A model generated the notes under the pieces. That model did not search any database and had not been told where the DNA came from. It saw nothing but the letters and a program-made list of their open reading frames with translations. This document shows, piece after piece, positions 28,757-39,138 of a stretch of DNA of 64,000 nt. Source of the DNA: an uncultured Chloroflexia bacterium (GTDB lineage Bacteria; Chloroflexota; Limnocylindria; Limnocylindrales; CSP1-4); NCBI GenBank assembly GCA_963768655.1, contig CAVYIM010000003.1, positions 768,001 to 832,000 of the forward strand, given 5' to 3'. The position numbers and the translations under genes were made by a program. Within the stretch, counting starts at the first letter, position 1; every line of letters begins with the position of its first letter.

Positions 28757-29781
28757 CGCGTCAGGGTGACCTTCTTGAGGTTGCGCGGAGCTTCCGTGTC
28801 GATGCCTCGTGCGCGGGCCAGGTGGTAGGCGAACAGCTGGGCGGGGATGATCGCGACGAGGGGAGCCAGCCATTCCGGGACGGGTGGCAGGAGAACTCCA
28901 TCGCCCATTTCGAGCGCGGCCCGGTCGTTGGACAGGACCAACAACCTGGCCTGGGCGGCCCGGAGCCGGCCGAGCAGCTCGATCATGCCGGGCAGCGCCT
29001 TGCCCGACGTCGCGATGGCGAGGACAGGGAATCCTTCCTCGATGAGGGCGATCGGCCCGTGCTGGAAGTCGGCTGCGGAATACGGGTCGGCGAGCACGTA
29101 CGCGAGCTCCTTGAGCTTCAGAGCCCACTCCCGTGCCGTCGCGTACTGGAAGCCTCGGGCCAGCACCGCGCAGCGCTGCTCCTCCGCCCATGCGGCGGCG
29201 AGCCGGACGACCTGGGCCTCGACCTCGAAAGTCGCCCGGAGGGCGGTCGGAAGCGCGGCAAGCTGCTCCGCCGACTCACGGTCTCCCGACAGGGCCGACG
29301 AGAGCATGGCGATGAGGGCAGTCTCGGCAAGGTACGTCTTGGTCGCGGCGACGGCACGCTCCGGACCGGCCTCCAGCTCGATCACGTGGTCGGCGGCCGC
29401 CGCCAGGCCCGAGGTTGGGTCGTTCGTGATCCCGACCGTGAGCGCCCCCTGGCGGCGTGCCTCCGCGAGCACGGAAACCACGTCGGGCGACTGCCCGGAC
29501 TGGGAGATCCCGAGCACGAGCGCATTGCAGAACCGAGGAGGGGCGTCGTAGAGCGTCACCAGCGACGGTGCCGCGAGAGCGACGAGGAGCCGGTTCCGGG
29601 CGCCAAGGACGTACTGGGCGTAGATGGCGGCGTGGTCGGACGTGCCGCGTGCGGCGATCACGACGAGATCGATGGGCCGCGCGCGGACGGCGCGGGCCAC
29701 TTCGTCGATCGGCCCCACGGCCCTCTCGAGTAGCCGCTCGACGGTCGTCGGGCTCTCTCCCAGTTCACTGCGGGTTGTCAT
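28753..29781 (-). CDS. SIS-domain glucosamine-6-phosphate deaminase/isomerase (NagB-II, GlmS-like without glutaminase domain)
   Basis: ARGTSDHA, ISQSGQSPD, AVAATKT, EWALKLKE, HGP, PRNLKKVTLT. Confidence 0.88.
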   Translation of the reverse strand: MTTRSELGESPTTVERLLERAVGPIDEVARAVRARPIDLVVIAARGTSDHAAIYAQYVLGARNRLLVALAAPSLVTLYDAPPRFCNALVLGISQSGQSPDVVSVLAEARRQGALTVGITNDPTSGLAAAADHVIELEAGPERAVAATKTYLAETALIAMLSSALSGDRESAEQLAALPTALRATFEVEAQVVRLAAAWAEEQRCAVLARGFQYATAREWALKLKELAYVLADPYSAADFQHGPIALIEEGFPVLAIATSGKALPGMIELLGRLRAAQARLLVLSNDRAALEMGDGVLLPPVPEWLAPLVAIIPAQLFAYHLARARGIDTEAPRNLKKVTLTR

Positions 29782-31421
29782 GCGGGTGCCTCCAGTGCCA
29801 CGGGAAGCGTACCGGTAAAGGGGATGCGGCCCAGAAGCGCGTCGGCGAGCGCCTCCATCTGCGGTGGTTGGATCCCGTAGGTGCAGGCGCAGAGCGGCGC
29901 CTCAGGGTAGCGCTCGATGTCGAACGGCCCACGGAGCGCGACTGCGATGACGCGGCGATCCGCCCCCGAAGCGGACCGACCCGGCACCGTGCTCGACCCA
30001 CTCACGCCACCTGACGGTTCTGCCCCGATGACCGCGCGGACGACGTCCGCCTGCCCGAGGTGACCGAACCCGTCGAATGTCCCCACGATCACGACGTCGT
30101 GGTCGTGCACGGCTTCCGCGAGGGCGGCGACCTCCGCGGGGGTCGGGTCGAGAGGCGCGACCAGTTCGTCGACTCGCAGCCCGCCATGGCGCAGCGCGTC
30201 GGCGAGCGAGAGCCGGAGATACGAGGCGCTCTCCGCGGGCGTCAGGTCGACCGGGACGGGAGCCACGATCGCGACCCTTGCGCCGGGCTCGAGGCTCAAC
30301 GGGACGCTGCCGGCGCGGTCCCGAACCAGCGTGACGGAACGCTCGGCGACCTCGCGCGCCAGCGCGCGATGGGCGCGTGAGTCGACCACGTCCAGCGGCG
30401 GCTGACCGTTGCCGGCACCGAGCCAGCGTCGCAGGGCCATGATCCGGCCATGGGAATCTGCGAGCGCGTCGGCACCGAGCCGGCCATCCTTCGCCGCCCG
30501 CAGGAGCGACTCGTAGGCCAGGTCCTCGGTCGCGGGGTCGTGGAGCATCAGCAGCAGGTCCATCCCGGCACGCGCCGCCTCCACCACCGTCAAGTCGACC
30601 CGGTCGCCGGCACCGGCACCGCTCATGTCGAGGGCGTCGCTCACGATGACGCCCTCGAAGCCCAACCGGCCTCGCAGGAGCCCCCGCAGGATCTCGGGGG
30701 CGACCGTCGCCGGCACCGCCCGGCCGTCCGTCAGCGCGGGCACCGCGAGATGTCCCGGCATGACGACCCGGCCGCCGGCGGCGATCGCGGCCCGGAACGG
30801 GACCAGCTCCTCGGCTTCCAGCGCGGCGAGGTCGCGGCGCAGAATCGGCAGCGTGTTGTGCGAGTCGCCGACGGCCGACCCGTGGCCCGGGAAGTGCTTG
30901 AGCGTGGCCGCGACGCCGGCTTCCTGGATCCCGCTCGTCATTGCCGCGGCGAGCCGTCCCGCCAGCGCCGGGTCGTCGCCGAAGGGTCTCGTCCCGAGGT
31001 TGGTCGCCGTCTCGCGGTGGAGCAGGTCGCAGACCGGTGCCAGGAGCAGCGTGACTCCCATCGCCGCCACCTCGCTCGCGATCGCACGTCCGACGCGCCG
31101 CGCCAGCTCCTCTGAACGCGCCGCGCCGAGCGCGAGGTTGCCCGGCCATGCCGTCGCGCCCTCTCCGACCGCCTGCAGCTGCCCGCCCTCCTGATCGAGC
31201 CCGATCACGAGTGGGGGGTCGTCCACCGGCCTTGCGGCCTGGAGCGTGCCGCACAGCTCCCGCACCTGGGCTGGAGACCGAACGTTCTTCGCGCGGAAGA
31301 GCGTGACTCCGCCGGCACGTCGACCGGCGATCGCGTCGAGGATATGAGGCGTCGGTTCGGTGCCCTCGAACGTGCGCAGCAAGCGCGGCCCGACGAGTGC
31401 GGCCGCTTCGGATTCGTTCAC
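29778..31421 (-). CDS. nagZ: GH3 beta-N-acetylhexosaminidase
   Basis: DQEGG, KHFPGHGSAVGDSH (NagZ Asp-His dyad), SDALDM. Confidence 0.88.
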   Translation of the reverse strand: MNESEAAALVGPRLLRTFEGTEPTPHILDAIAGRRAGGVTLFRAKNVRSPAQVRELCGTLQAARPVDDPPLVIGLDQEGGQLQAVGEGATAWPGNLALGAARSEELARRVGRAIASEVAAMGVTLLLAPVCDLLHRETATNLGTRPFGDDPALAGRLAAAMTSGIQEAGVAATLKHFPGHGSAVGDSHNTLPILRRDLAALEAEELVPFRAAIAAGGRVVMPGHLAVPALTDGRAVPATVAPEILRGLLRGRLGFEGVIVSDALDMSGAGAGDRVDLTVVEAARAGMDLLLMLHDPATEDLAYESLLRAAKDGRLGADALADSHGRIMALRRWLGAGNGQPPLDVVDSRAHRALAREVAERSVTLVRDRAGSVPLSLEPGARVAIVAPVPVDLTPAESASYLRLSLADALRHGGLRVDELVAPLDPTPAEVAALAEAVHDHDVVIVGTFDGFGHLGQADVVRAVIGAEPSGGVSGSSTVPGRSASGADRRVIAVALRGPFDIERYPEAPLCACTYGIQPPQMEALADALLGRIPFTGTLPVALEAPA

Positions 31422-31475
31422 CGTCGTCGCCTCGTGCCTGTGGCCGCGGCCGACCCGCCGCCACCGCGCCCGCCG

Positions 31476-32273
31476 TTACCTCTTGGCCTTGCCCAGCTCC
31501 GTGAGGACCGCGCGGAACGGCTCCGCGTAGCCGGTGAAGCCGGCGAAGAGACGCCAGACCTCCTCCGGCGGGCGGCCCGACCTCATCAACCCCGTGCTCC
31601 AGCTCTTCGCGTTCGCGCCGGTCCGTGGACCGAAGCAGCCGTAGCAGCCCCGGCCGTAGGTCGGGCAGAGCGCGTTGCAGCCGGACGCAGTGACGGGGCC
31701 CATGCAGGCCTCGCCGGAGGCCACGACCATGCAGACGATGCCCTTGCGCTTGCATTCACGGCAGACCGCCTCTTCGCGGATCTGCGGCCGGCGGCCTACG
31801 AGAACGGCCGTCAGCAGCTCCAGGAGCTGCCCGCCGTCGATGGGGCAGCCTCGCAGCTCGGCGTCCACCTTGACGTGGTCCGAGACGGCCGTCGCGGTTG
31901 CGAGCGACTCGACCCATTCGGGGTGCTCGTAGATCGCGGCGCGATAGGCGTCGTGGTCGGCCCAGTTGCGCATCGCCTGGATGCCACCGGCCGTGGCGCA
32001 CGCCCCGATGGTGACCAGAACACGCGCCTGCTTGCGCAGGGCCTTGATCTGGTCCAGGTGTTCCGGCGCGCTGATCGAGCCCTCGACGAAGACGACGTCG
32101 TACGGGCCGGGGGAGTGGTGAGAGGTGGCCTCGGGGAACTCGACGATGTCGAACCGGCTGACGATCTCGAGGAGCTTGTCTTCGAGGTCCAGGATGGTGA
32201 GCTGGCAGCCGTCGCACGAGGCGAACTTGGCGACGGCGACTCGCGGGCGGACGGCCTTGCCGGTCGTAGCCAT
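31476..32273 (-). CDS. Group 3b [NiFe]-hydrogenase small subunit-like protein (sulfhydrogenase delta)
   Basis: FASCDGC, EGS, GACATAGG, GCP, VCRECK, CMGPVT..GC.ALCP, GCYGCFGP. Confidence 0.88.
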   Translation of the reverse strand: MATTGKAVRPRVAVAKFASCDGCQLTILDLEDKLLEIVSRFDIVEFPEATSHHSPGPYDVVFVEGSISAPEHLDQIKALRKQARVLVTIGACATAGGIQAMRNWADHDAYRAAIYEHPEWVESLATATAVSDHVKVDAELRGCPIDGGQLLELLTAVLVGRRPQIREEAVCRECKRKGIVCMVVASGEACMGPVTASGCNALCPTYGRGCYGCFGPRTGANAKSWSTGLMRSGRPPEEVWRLFAGFTGYAEPFRAVLTELGKAKR

Positions 32274-34282
32274 CAGATGCCCTCCCGGACGTAGAGATCG
32301 CCGAGCTCACTCAGACGGAACACCGGGCCGTCCTTGCAGACGAAATACGGCCCGGTCTGGCAGTGGCCGCACAGCCCGATGCCGCACTCCATGTGGCGCT
32401 CCATCGAGACGTTGATCCGTTCGGGCGGAACGCCCTTGGAGATGAGCGACTGGACCGAGGCCTGCATCATCCGCTCCGGTCCCACGACGAAGGCGGTGAT
32501 CTTGGAGCAGTCGCACGACATCATGTCGAAGAGCGTGGTCACGACGCCGACACGGCCCTTCCACTCGGGGCCGGCCCTGTCCACCGTCACGGCGACGTCG
32601 ATGGCGTTGCCGGCCGACCAGGCGACGAGGTCGTCACGGAAGAGCTGGTCCTCCGGCGTGCGGGAGCCGTAGTACAGCGAAACCGACTCGAACCGGTCGC
32701 GGTTGGCCACGAGCGCCTCCACCAGACCGTGGAGCGGCGACAGACCGACGCCTCCGGCGACCACGACGGCATGCCTGCCGTACGCGTCTTCGATCGGCCA
32801 GAAAGTGCCGAGCGGCCCGCGGACACCGACTTTGGCGCCCGGATGCAGATTCACCAGGGCTGTGGAAGTTGGCCCGACGGCGCGGATCGTGAGGTCGATG
32901 CCGTTCGCACGGAAGCGCGAGATCGAGATGGGGACGGCCGGGAAGGCCGGCAGGGCGACCATCACGAACTGGCCCGGGCGGCCGGCGAGGAAGGCTCGGT
33001 CGAGGTCGGTCAGCGACAGCGTCGTCGTGTCGTCAGTCTCCTCCTTGACCGAGGCGAGGCGCGCGAGCGAGAAGCTGCCGGGGCTGGCGGCCACGGGCTC
33101 GACCGCGACTGGCCGCTCGATCGGCTGGATGACCGGCGCGATCGCCTGGAGCTCCTCGCGGACGTCTATTCGGACCGGGCACCAGGTGATGCAGCGACCG
33201 CAGCCGACGCAGCCGAAGCTGCCGAACTGGTCCATCCACGACGAGAACTTGTGAGTCAGCCACTGGCGGTAGCGGTCGCGCGGGCGGGCCCGGAAGTCGC
33301 CGCCGGCGACCTTGGCGAAGTTGACGTCGAAGCAGGAGTCCCACTGCCGTTCCGTGACGCTGGTCCGACCCTCCATGTCCGACCGCTCCGTCACCGAGGT
33401 GCAGAAGCACGTCGGGCATGCCATCGTGCAGTTGCCGCATTCGACGCAGCGCTCCGCCACGATGCCCCAGCGTGGATTGTCCAGCTGGTGCTTGAGGCGC
33501 TGGTCGATGCCGGCCATCGGCAGCGGCTCGCCGATCTGGGTGCGGACTGCCTCGACGACGTCGACGGCGGCGCCGGTCTCGGCGTGCGTGGGCCGGCGTG
33601 TGGGCAGATGAGCCACGATTGCGGCCCCGGCCGGAGAGCCGGCCTGCATGACGAAGCCGTCGTCGATTTCTGTCAGGAGGATGTCGTAGCCGCTTCGAAC
33701 TTCCGGTCCGGTTCCCATCGACGAGCAGAAGCAGGTGCTCGAAGACGTAGTGCACTGCACGGCCACGATCAGGGCGGCCTTGCGTCGGGCTCGGAAGTCC
33801 TCGTCCGTGAACGGGCTGCCGAGGAAGACCCGATCCTGCATCCCAAGAGCCGCGATCTCGCAGGCGCGAACGCCCAGGAATGCCAGCTGCGGCGCGACGG
33901 TCTTGGGCTGGTCGAAGCCGAAGCCGCCGGACAGGTGAGCCGTCGCGATCGGAAGGTTGGGTGGGAAGGTGAAGCGCTTCCAGGGCGTCGGTCCGACGGT
34001 GTAGCCGAAGACGCGCTCATCCGAGCGCTCGGCCAGCCGGTAGCGACCGGCGACCTGTTCGTCTCTGATGCCCACAGGCAGATCCGCGGCCGACTGGATC
34101 TCGTCGTTGACGATGGCTCCGTCGCGGACGGTTGGACCGATGACGGTGCGCCCCGCCTTGCGCAGGGCCTGGATCAGGGCATCCAGGTCGGAGCGCGCCA
34201 GGAACCACTGCCTGGCCACGGCCGCCGGGCTAGGGACAGGGTTGGTGATCACGGATCCAGTAACCTCCCGGGCGCGATTCAC
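32273..34282 (-). CDS. Fused sulfhydrogenase beta (2x4Fe-4S) and gamma (FAD/NAD-binding, 2Fe-2S) subunits
   Basis: CVECGNCTMACPTCFC and CVGCGRCITWCP, continuing in frame into PGQF, RGPLG, AGGVG, MECGIGLCGHC...CKDGPV. Confidence 0.88.
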   Translation of the reverse strand: MNRAREVTGSVITNPVPSPAAVARQWFLARSDLDALIQALRKAGRTVIGPTVRDGAIVNDEIQSAADLPVGIRDEQVAGRYRLAERSDERVFGYTVGPTPWKRFTFPPNLPIATAHLSGGFGFDQPKTVAPQLAFLGVRACEIAALGMQDRVFLGSPFTDEDFRARRKAALIVAVQCTTSSSTCFCSSMGTGPEVRSGYDILLTEIDDGFVMQAGSPAGAAIVAHLPTRRPTHAETGAAVDVVEAVRTQIGEPLPMAGIDQRLKHQLDNPRWGIVAERCVECGNCTMACPTCFCTSVTERSDMEGRTSVTERQWDSCFDVNFAKVAGGDFRARPRDRYRQWLTHKFSSWMDQFGSFGCVGCGRCITWCPVRIDVREELQAIAPVIQPIERPVAVEPVAASPGSFSLARLASVKEETDDTTTLSLTDLDRAFLAGRPGQFVMVALPAFPAVPISISRFRANGIDLTIRAVGPTSTALVNLHPGAKVGVRGPLGTFWPIEDAYGRHAVVVAGGVGLSPLHGLVEALVANRDRFESVSLYYGSRTPEDQLFRDDLVAWSAGNAIDVAVTVDRAGPEWKGRVGVVTTLFDMMSCDCSKITAFVVGPERMMQASVQSLISKGVPPERINVSMERHMECGIGLCGHCQTGPYFVCKDGPVFRLSELGDLYVREGI

Positions 34283-34302
34283 AGGCCGGTTCGGACGTCA
34301 CC

Positions 34303-34767
34303 CTAGCGGGCGAACAGATCCAGGAGCTGCAGCCGGGTGGCGCGGAGGCGTCTGGCCACAGCCTTCAGGACTTGAGGGTAGAGACTGGCGGCGAGGGCAT
34401 GGTCTTCCTTGATGGCCGCTCGAAGCTTCACGCCGTCGATGACGAGGGCTCGGCTGGCCTCGGTGGCCACGACCGTTGATTGAGCCTGGCCTTCGCTCAT
34501 CACGGCGGACCAGCCGAAGATGTCACCCGGCTCGACGCTGAGGATCGTGACCGGGCCACGTTCGGGCACGAGCGTCCGCAGAGCAAGTCGGCCGGACACG
34601 AGGATGCCCATCGCTCTGGTGTCGTCGCCCTCGTGGAGGATCACTTCGTCCGCTTCGAAATCCTGGATATCGCCGAGTTTGGCCAGGCGCTCCTGCGTCT
34701 CGGGTGCGAGATCGGCTCCAAACCATGTGTGGTTGAGCATGGCGATGACCGCAGCGTAATCGTCCAT
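34303..34767 (-). CDS. Stand-alone cyclic nucleotide-binding domain protein
   Basis: VILHEGD, LVSGRL, PGDIFGWSA, RLRATRLQLLDL; no HTH; start uncertain. Confidence 0.8.
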   Translation of the reverse strand: MDDYAAVIAMLNHTWFGADLAPETQERLAKLGDIQDFEADEVILHEGDDTRAMGILVSGRLALRTLVPERGPVTILSVEPGDIFGWSAVMSEGQAQSTVVATEASRALVIDGVKLRAAIKEDHALAASLYPQVLKAVARRLRATRLQLLDLFAR

Positions 34768-34801
34768 TGCGCGAGCATGCATTTGGGCCCCGGCCACGGG
34801 C

Positions 34802-34840
34802 AGTGCCATCAGGTCGGCGAGCGTGGGCCATTCGGCCCCG
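34802..34840. promoter_or_regulatory. DosR/DevR-like primary and secondary box
   Basis: AGTGCCATCAGGTCG-N8-GGGCCATTCGGCCCCG; both blocks recur identically at 39476-39514. Confidence 0.6.
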
Positions 34841-34895
34841 TTGCCCCGAGTGGCCGCTGGCACCGGGCGCGTGCCGCATCCCGCGGTCGGCGCCG

Positions 34896-36871
34896 CTACA
34901 CCTGCACCGGCCGCAGACCCTCCGCAACCACCTCGGCGATATCCATGACGCGGATGGTCTCCACGCCCGTGTCCTTGAGCCCGTCCTCGAACATAGTCAA
35001 GCAGTAGGGGCAGGCCACGCAAACCGTCGATGGGCCGGCCGCCAGCGCGCCAACCGCCTCGCCGACTCGGGCGACGTTGATCCGCTCCCCTTCCAGCTCC
35101 TCCATCCACATCCGGCCACCTCCGGCCCCGCAGCAGAAAGCGTTCTCGCGGTTGCGCGGCGCTTCGACCGGCGGCTCGCCGGTCACGGCGGCAATGGCAC
35201 GCCGCGGCTCGTCGTAGATGCCGTTGTGCCGGCCGAGATAGCAGGAGTCGTGGTAGAGGACCTGCCCGAGCGCCTTCGCCTGGCGATTCGGCTTGATCTT
35301 GCCGTCCGCCAGCAATCGCCCGAGCAGCTCGGAGTGGTGCAGCACTTCCAGCTCGAGCCCGTACTGGCGGTAGTCGTTCTTGAGAGTGTTGAGGCAGTGC
35401 GGGCACTGGGTGATGATCTTCGTCACCTTTCGGTTGACGAAGATCTCGACGTTCTCTCGCGCCATCTGATCGAACAGGTACTCGTTGCCGAGCCGCCTGG
35501 CGCTGTCGCCGCAGCACTTCTCGTCTTTGCCGAGTACGCCCCAGCTGACCCCGGCCATGTCCAGCACCGTGGCAATGGCGACCGTGACCGCCTTCTGCCG
35601 TGCGTCGAACGTCCCGGCGCAGCCGATGTAGAACAGGTACTCCGTCTCGCCCGCGACGAAGTCCCTGACCTCCATTGTGGTGTGCCACTTGGTTCGCTCC
35701 GTCGGAGCGATGCCCCATGGGTTGGATCGCTGCTCCATGTTCTCGAAGAGGTTCATCAGCTCTTCGGGGAACTCGCTCTTCATCTCCACGAGGTTCCGGC
35801 GCATCTTGATGATCTTGGGCATGTGCTCGATCAGCACCGGGCAGGATTCCATGCAGGCCCCACACGTGGTGCAGGACCAGATGGCCTCCGGGGTGTTGGT
35901 GGCTTCGCCCTCGGTGCCGATGAGCGGACGTGCGGCTCCCGACCTGCCTTGAGATCGGCCGAGTTGGCCATCAGATTCATCTTGATCGAATGGATGACCT
36001 GGCGCGGATTGAGGGCCTTGTTGGTGGCAGTCGCCGGGCAGGCTTCCTGACACCGGCCGCACTCGGTGCACGAGAACGAGTCGAGCAGGTCCTTCCAGGT
36101 GAAGTCGCTGACTTCGCCTGCGCCATACGTGTTGCCAGTGGTGAATTCCTCGCGCGGCTGGGTGTTGGGCTTGTCGAACCTGGCGAAGAAGGAGTTGGGG
36201 ATGGCCGTGAGGATGTGCATGTGCTTGGAGATCGGCAGGAAGACCAGGAACGAGCACAGCACGACGGCATGCACCCACCAGAAGAACGTGCCGTAGGCGC
36301 CGTCGCCGGGAAGCCGAGCCACCAGCGAAGACACGGGCATCCAGCCCGACAGGGGCTCCTGGCCGCGGGCGATCTCGGCGCCGTGAATGCCGAAATAGGC
36401 GACCATCAACAGGCCGATGAAGATGAGGATCAGGAAGCCCTCGAGACTTCGCCGCTTGACGTACTTGGTGTCCAGCTTGAACAGGAGGCGGCGCACGATC
36501 GCCAGAAGAACGGCGACGAGAGCCAGAAGCGATACGACGTCGAACAGCAGGAACAGCGGCCCGCGGAGATAGTCGGGGAGCAGGCGAAGGCTGATGCCCG
36601 GAAACAGACCGCTGACGATGAAGTCGGTATTGGCGATGAGCAGGACCAGGAACGACCAGAAGATGACGAAGTGGTTGAGCCCGAAGGGCCGCGCCAGCAC
36701 GCGCTTCTGTCCGAACGCGTATAGGAGCATGTCCCAGGCGCGCCGGGGCAGGTTGTCGAACCGGTTCTCGGGCTTGCCGAAACGAATGAGAGACAGCCGC
36801 CTCCAGGCGAGAACGCCGAACGCGACCGCCGCCAGGCCCGCCAGGACGGCGAACGCGAGTTGCTGGCTCAT
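34896..36871 (-). CDS. Membrane-bound Fe-S oxidoreductase (FadF/HdrD-like, putative ETF:quinone oxidoreductase); one frameshift near 35933
   Basis: N-terminal TM His-containing domain, CTECGRCQEACP, CTTCGACMESCP, CCG domains; one missing base joins the two ORFs as EP(A)RPLIG. Confidence 0.85.
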
Positions 36872-38205
36872 TCGGGCGCGCTCGCGGCCTTCATGTCGCG
36901 CAGACGGCTGGTTATGGCCGGGATGATCGTGAGGACGTCACCGACGATGCCGTAGGTCGCGACCTGGAAGATCGGGGCGTCCTTGTCGCGGTTGATGGCG
37001 ATGATCACGTCGGAGTCCTGCATCCCGACGAGATGCTGGATCGCGCCGGAGATGCCGCAGGCGATGTAGATCTTCGGGCGGACCGTCTTGCCCGTCTGCC
37101 CGACCTGGCGATCCTGGGGCATCCAGCCGGCGTCCACGACGGAACGGGAAGCTCCGACCACGCCGCCGAGCTCGTCGGCGAGCTCCTGGAGCATGGCGAA
37201 GTTCTCCCTGCCCATCATCCCCCTGCCGCCCGAGACGATCAGGTCTGCGCCGGCGATGTCGACGTCATGCCGTTGCCTGTCGCTGACGGTCTCCAGGACC
37301 TTGACGAGGATGTCGTCTTCCTCGATCTCGCAGGTCTCCCGGACTGTCGTGCCGCTTCTGCCCGGCTGCCTCTCCGGCATCTGCATGACATGCGGCCTTA
37401 CCGTCGCCATCTGGGGCCGGAATCGGTCGCACATGATCGTCGCCATGATGTTGCCGCCAAAGGCGGGGCGGGTCTGCATCAGGTTGCGCTTGTCGTCGAT
37501 GGCGAGGCCGGTGCAGTCTGCGGTGAGGCCGGTGCCGACGGCGGTGGCCACTGCTCCGGCCAGGTCGCGGCCCAGACCGGTTGCCCCCATCAGGATGATC
37601 TCGGGCTTGTACTTCGCGATCAGCTGGCAGACTGCCTGCAAGTAGCTCTCGGTGCGGTAGTAGCGGAAGGCCGGCGCGTCAACCAGGTAGGCGTTGTCGG
37701 CGCCGTACTCGAACGCTTCGGTGCAGAGGTGCTCGACGCCGGCACCGATCACCAGCGCCGAAAGCGGCACGGCCAGCGTATCGGCAAGCTCGCGGCCTTT
37801 GCCGACCAGCTCCCACGATACCTTGGCCGGGTCTCCCTCGGTCTGCTCGACCAGGACCCAGACTCCCTTGTAAGCGGCGAGTTTGCGGGCCAGAGCTCGA
37901 GCCTCCGGGTCGTCGGAGCCATCTGGAGCACCGCCGCGTTCGGCCAGGATCTGGGCGAGAACGGCCTGTTCCTCAGGCGTGAAGAACATGTCGATGGCCT
38001 GGGCGGGGCAGACCTTCACGCATTTCACGCAGCCGATGCACTTGGACTCGTCGATGACCGGCGAGTCGGTGGCGGCATTCATCTCGATGCAATCGTCGAC
38101 CGGGCAGGCAGCCTGGCACCTGGCGCCACAGGCGATACAGCGCCCCTCGATCAGCTGGGCCTTGCCGCGCGGCCGCTTGACTATCGGCTTTCTCGCTTCG
38201 GTCAT
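36868..38205 (-). CDS. etfA: Electron transfer flavoprotein alpha subunit with N-terminal 2x[4Fe-4S] ferredoxin domain
   Basis: [53 protein letters not shown]. Confidence 0.93.
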   Translation of the reverse strand: MTEARKPIVKRPRGKAQLIEGRCIACGARCQAACPVDDCIEMNAATDSPVIDESKCIGCVKCVKVCPAQAIDMFFTPEEQAVLAQILAERGGAPDGSDDPEARALARKLAAYKGVWVLVEQTEGDPAKVSWELVGKGRELADTLAVPLSALVIGAGVEHLCTEAFEYGADNAYLVDAPAFRYYRTESYLQAVCQLIAKYKPEIILMGATGLGRDLAGAVATAVGTGLTADCTGLAIDDKRNLMQTRPAFGGNIMATIMCDRFRPQMATVRPHVMQMPERQPGRSGTTVRETCEIEEDDILVKVLETVSDRQRHDVDIAGADLIVSGGRGMMGRENFAMLQELADELGGVVGASRSVVDAGWMPQDRQVGQTGKTVRPKIYIACGISGAIQHLVGMQDSDVIIAINRDKDAPIFQVATYGIVGDVLTIIPAITSRLRDMKAASAPE

Positions 38206-38248
38206 GGGTGACTTCCGGAGTCCTCTCTTGTCGAAACGGATGCTCTGA

Positions 38249-39061
38249 CTACAAGGCGACGAGGTCTTTGCTCAACAGCTTGTCGACCAGGAGATTGGCT
38301 GCGCCGATCGGATCGTTGGCGCCGTCGCCGATCATTTCGCCCTTGTCGCGCTGCGGCGAGAAGATGCGGCTGACCCACGTGGGTGAGCCCTTGAGGCCGA
38401 TCTCGCGGACGTTCAGCTTCAGCACGCGGTTGCCCCAAACCTCGACGTCATGCTGTTGCGCGAGGAGGCGCATCGGCACGGTCGGGTAGCGCGGACGGTT
38501 GATCTCCCGCACGACGGTGATCATCACCGGCAGCGGGGCTTCGACGATCTCGTGGCGCCCTTCGAGCTTGCGACGAACGCGGATCCGACCCCGGGCCAGG
38601 TCGATGCTGATGATCCGATCCACGAGTGTCAGCTGGGGGTAGCCGAGCCTGGTCGCTATCCCGGGACCTACCTGGGCCGTGTCGCCGTCGATCGTCTGCC
38701 TGCCGCAGAAGACGATGCCGATCTCCTCTTCGTCATTCAGGCGGCGGATTGCAGCGGCAAGGACGTTGCTGGTGGCGAGCGTGTCTGCGCCGCCGAACAC
38801 TCGATCTGACAGAAGCACTGCTCGGTCGACACCCAGGGCCAGCGCTCGTCGCAGCGTCGCCTCGGCGTTGAGGGGCCCCATCGAGATGGCCGTGACCCGG
38901 CAGTGTGAGCTGTCCTTCAGGCGCAGCGCCGTCTCGAGGGCTTGCGTGTCGTAAGGATTGACTATGAACGGGATGCCTTCACGGACGAGGGTGTTGGTGA
39001 CCGGGTCGATCTGGACCTGAGTCGTATCCGGAACCTGTTTGATACATGCGACTAGCTGCAC
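38249..39061 (-). CDS. etfB: Electron transfer flavoprotein beta subunit
   Basis: CIKQVPD, NPYD, GADTLAT, GRQTIDGDTAQVGP, GLKGSPT. Confidence 0.94.
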   Translation of the reverse strand: MQLVACIKQVPDTTQVQIDPVTNTLVREGIPFIVNPYDTQALETALRLKDSSHCRVTAISMGPLNAEATLRRALALGVDRAVLLSDRVFGGADTLATSNVLAAAIRRLNDEEEIGIVFCGRQTIDGDTAQVGPGIATRLGYPQLTLVDRIISIDLARGRIRVRRKLEGRHEIVEAPLPVMITVVREINRPRYPTVPMRLLAQQHDVEVWGNRVLKLNVREIGLKGSPTWVSRIFSPQRDKGEMIGDGANDPIGAANLLVDKLLSKDLVAL

Positions 39062-39138
39062 AGATATACCTCAACCCTTGGGGGCCAAGTCCGAGCTGGT
39101 GGTGTGGGGGCGGCGCGTGAGCTTCGCGCCTGAAACGG

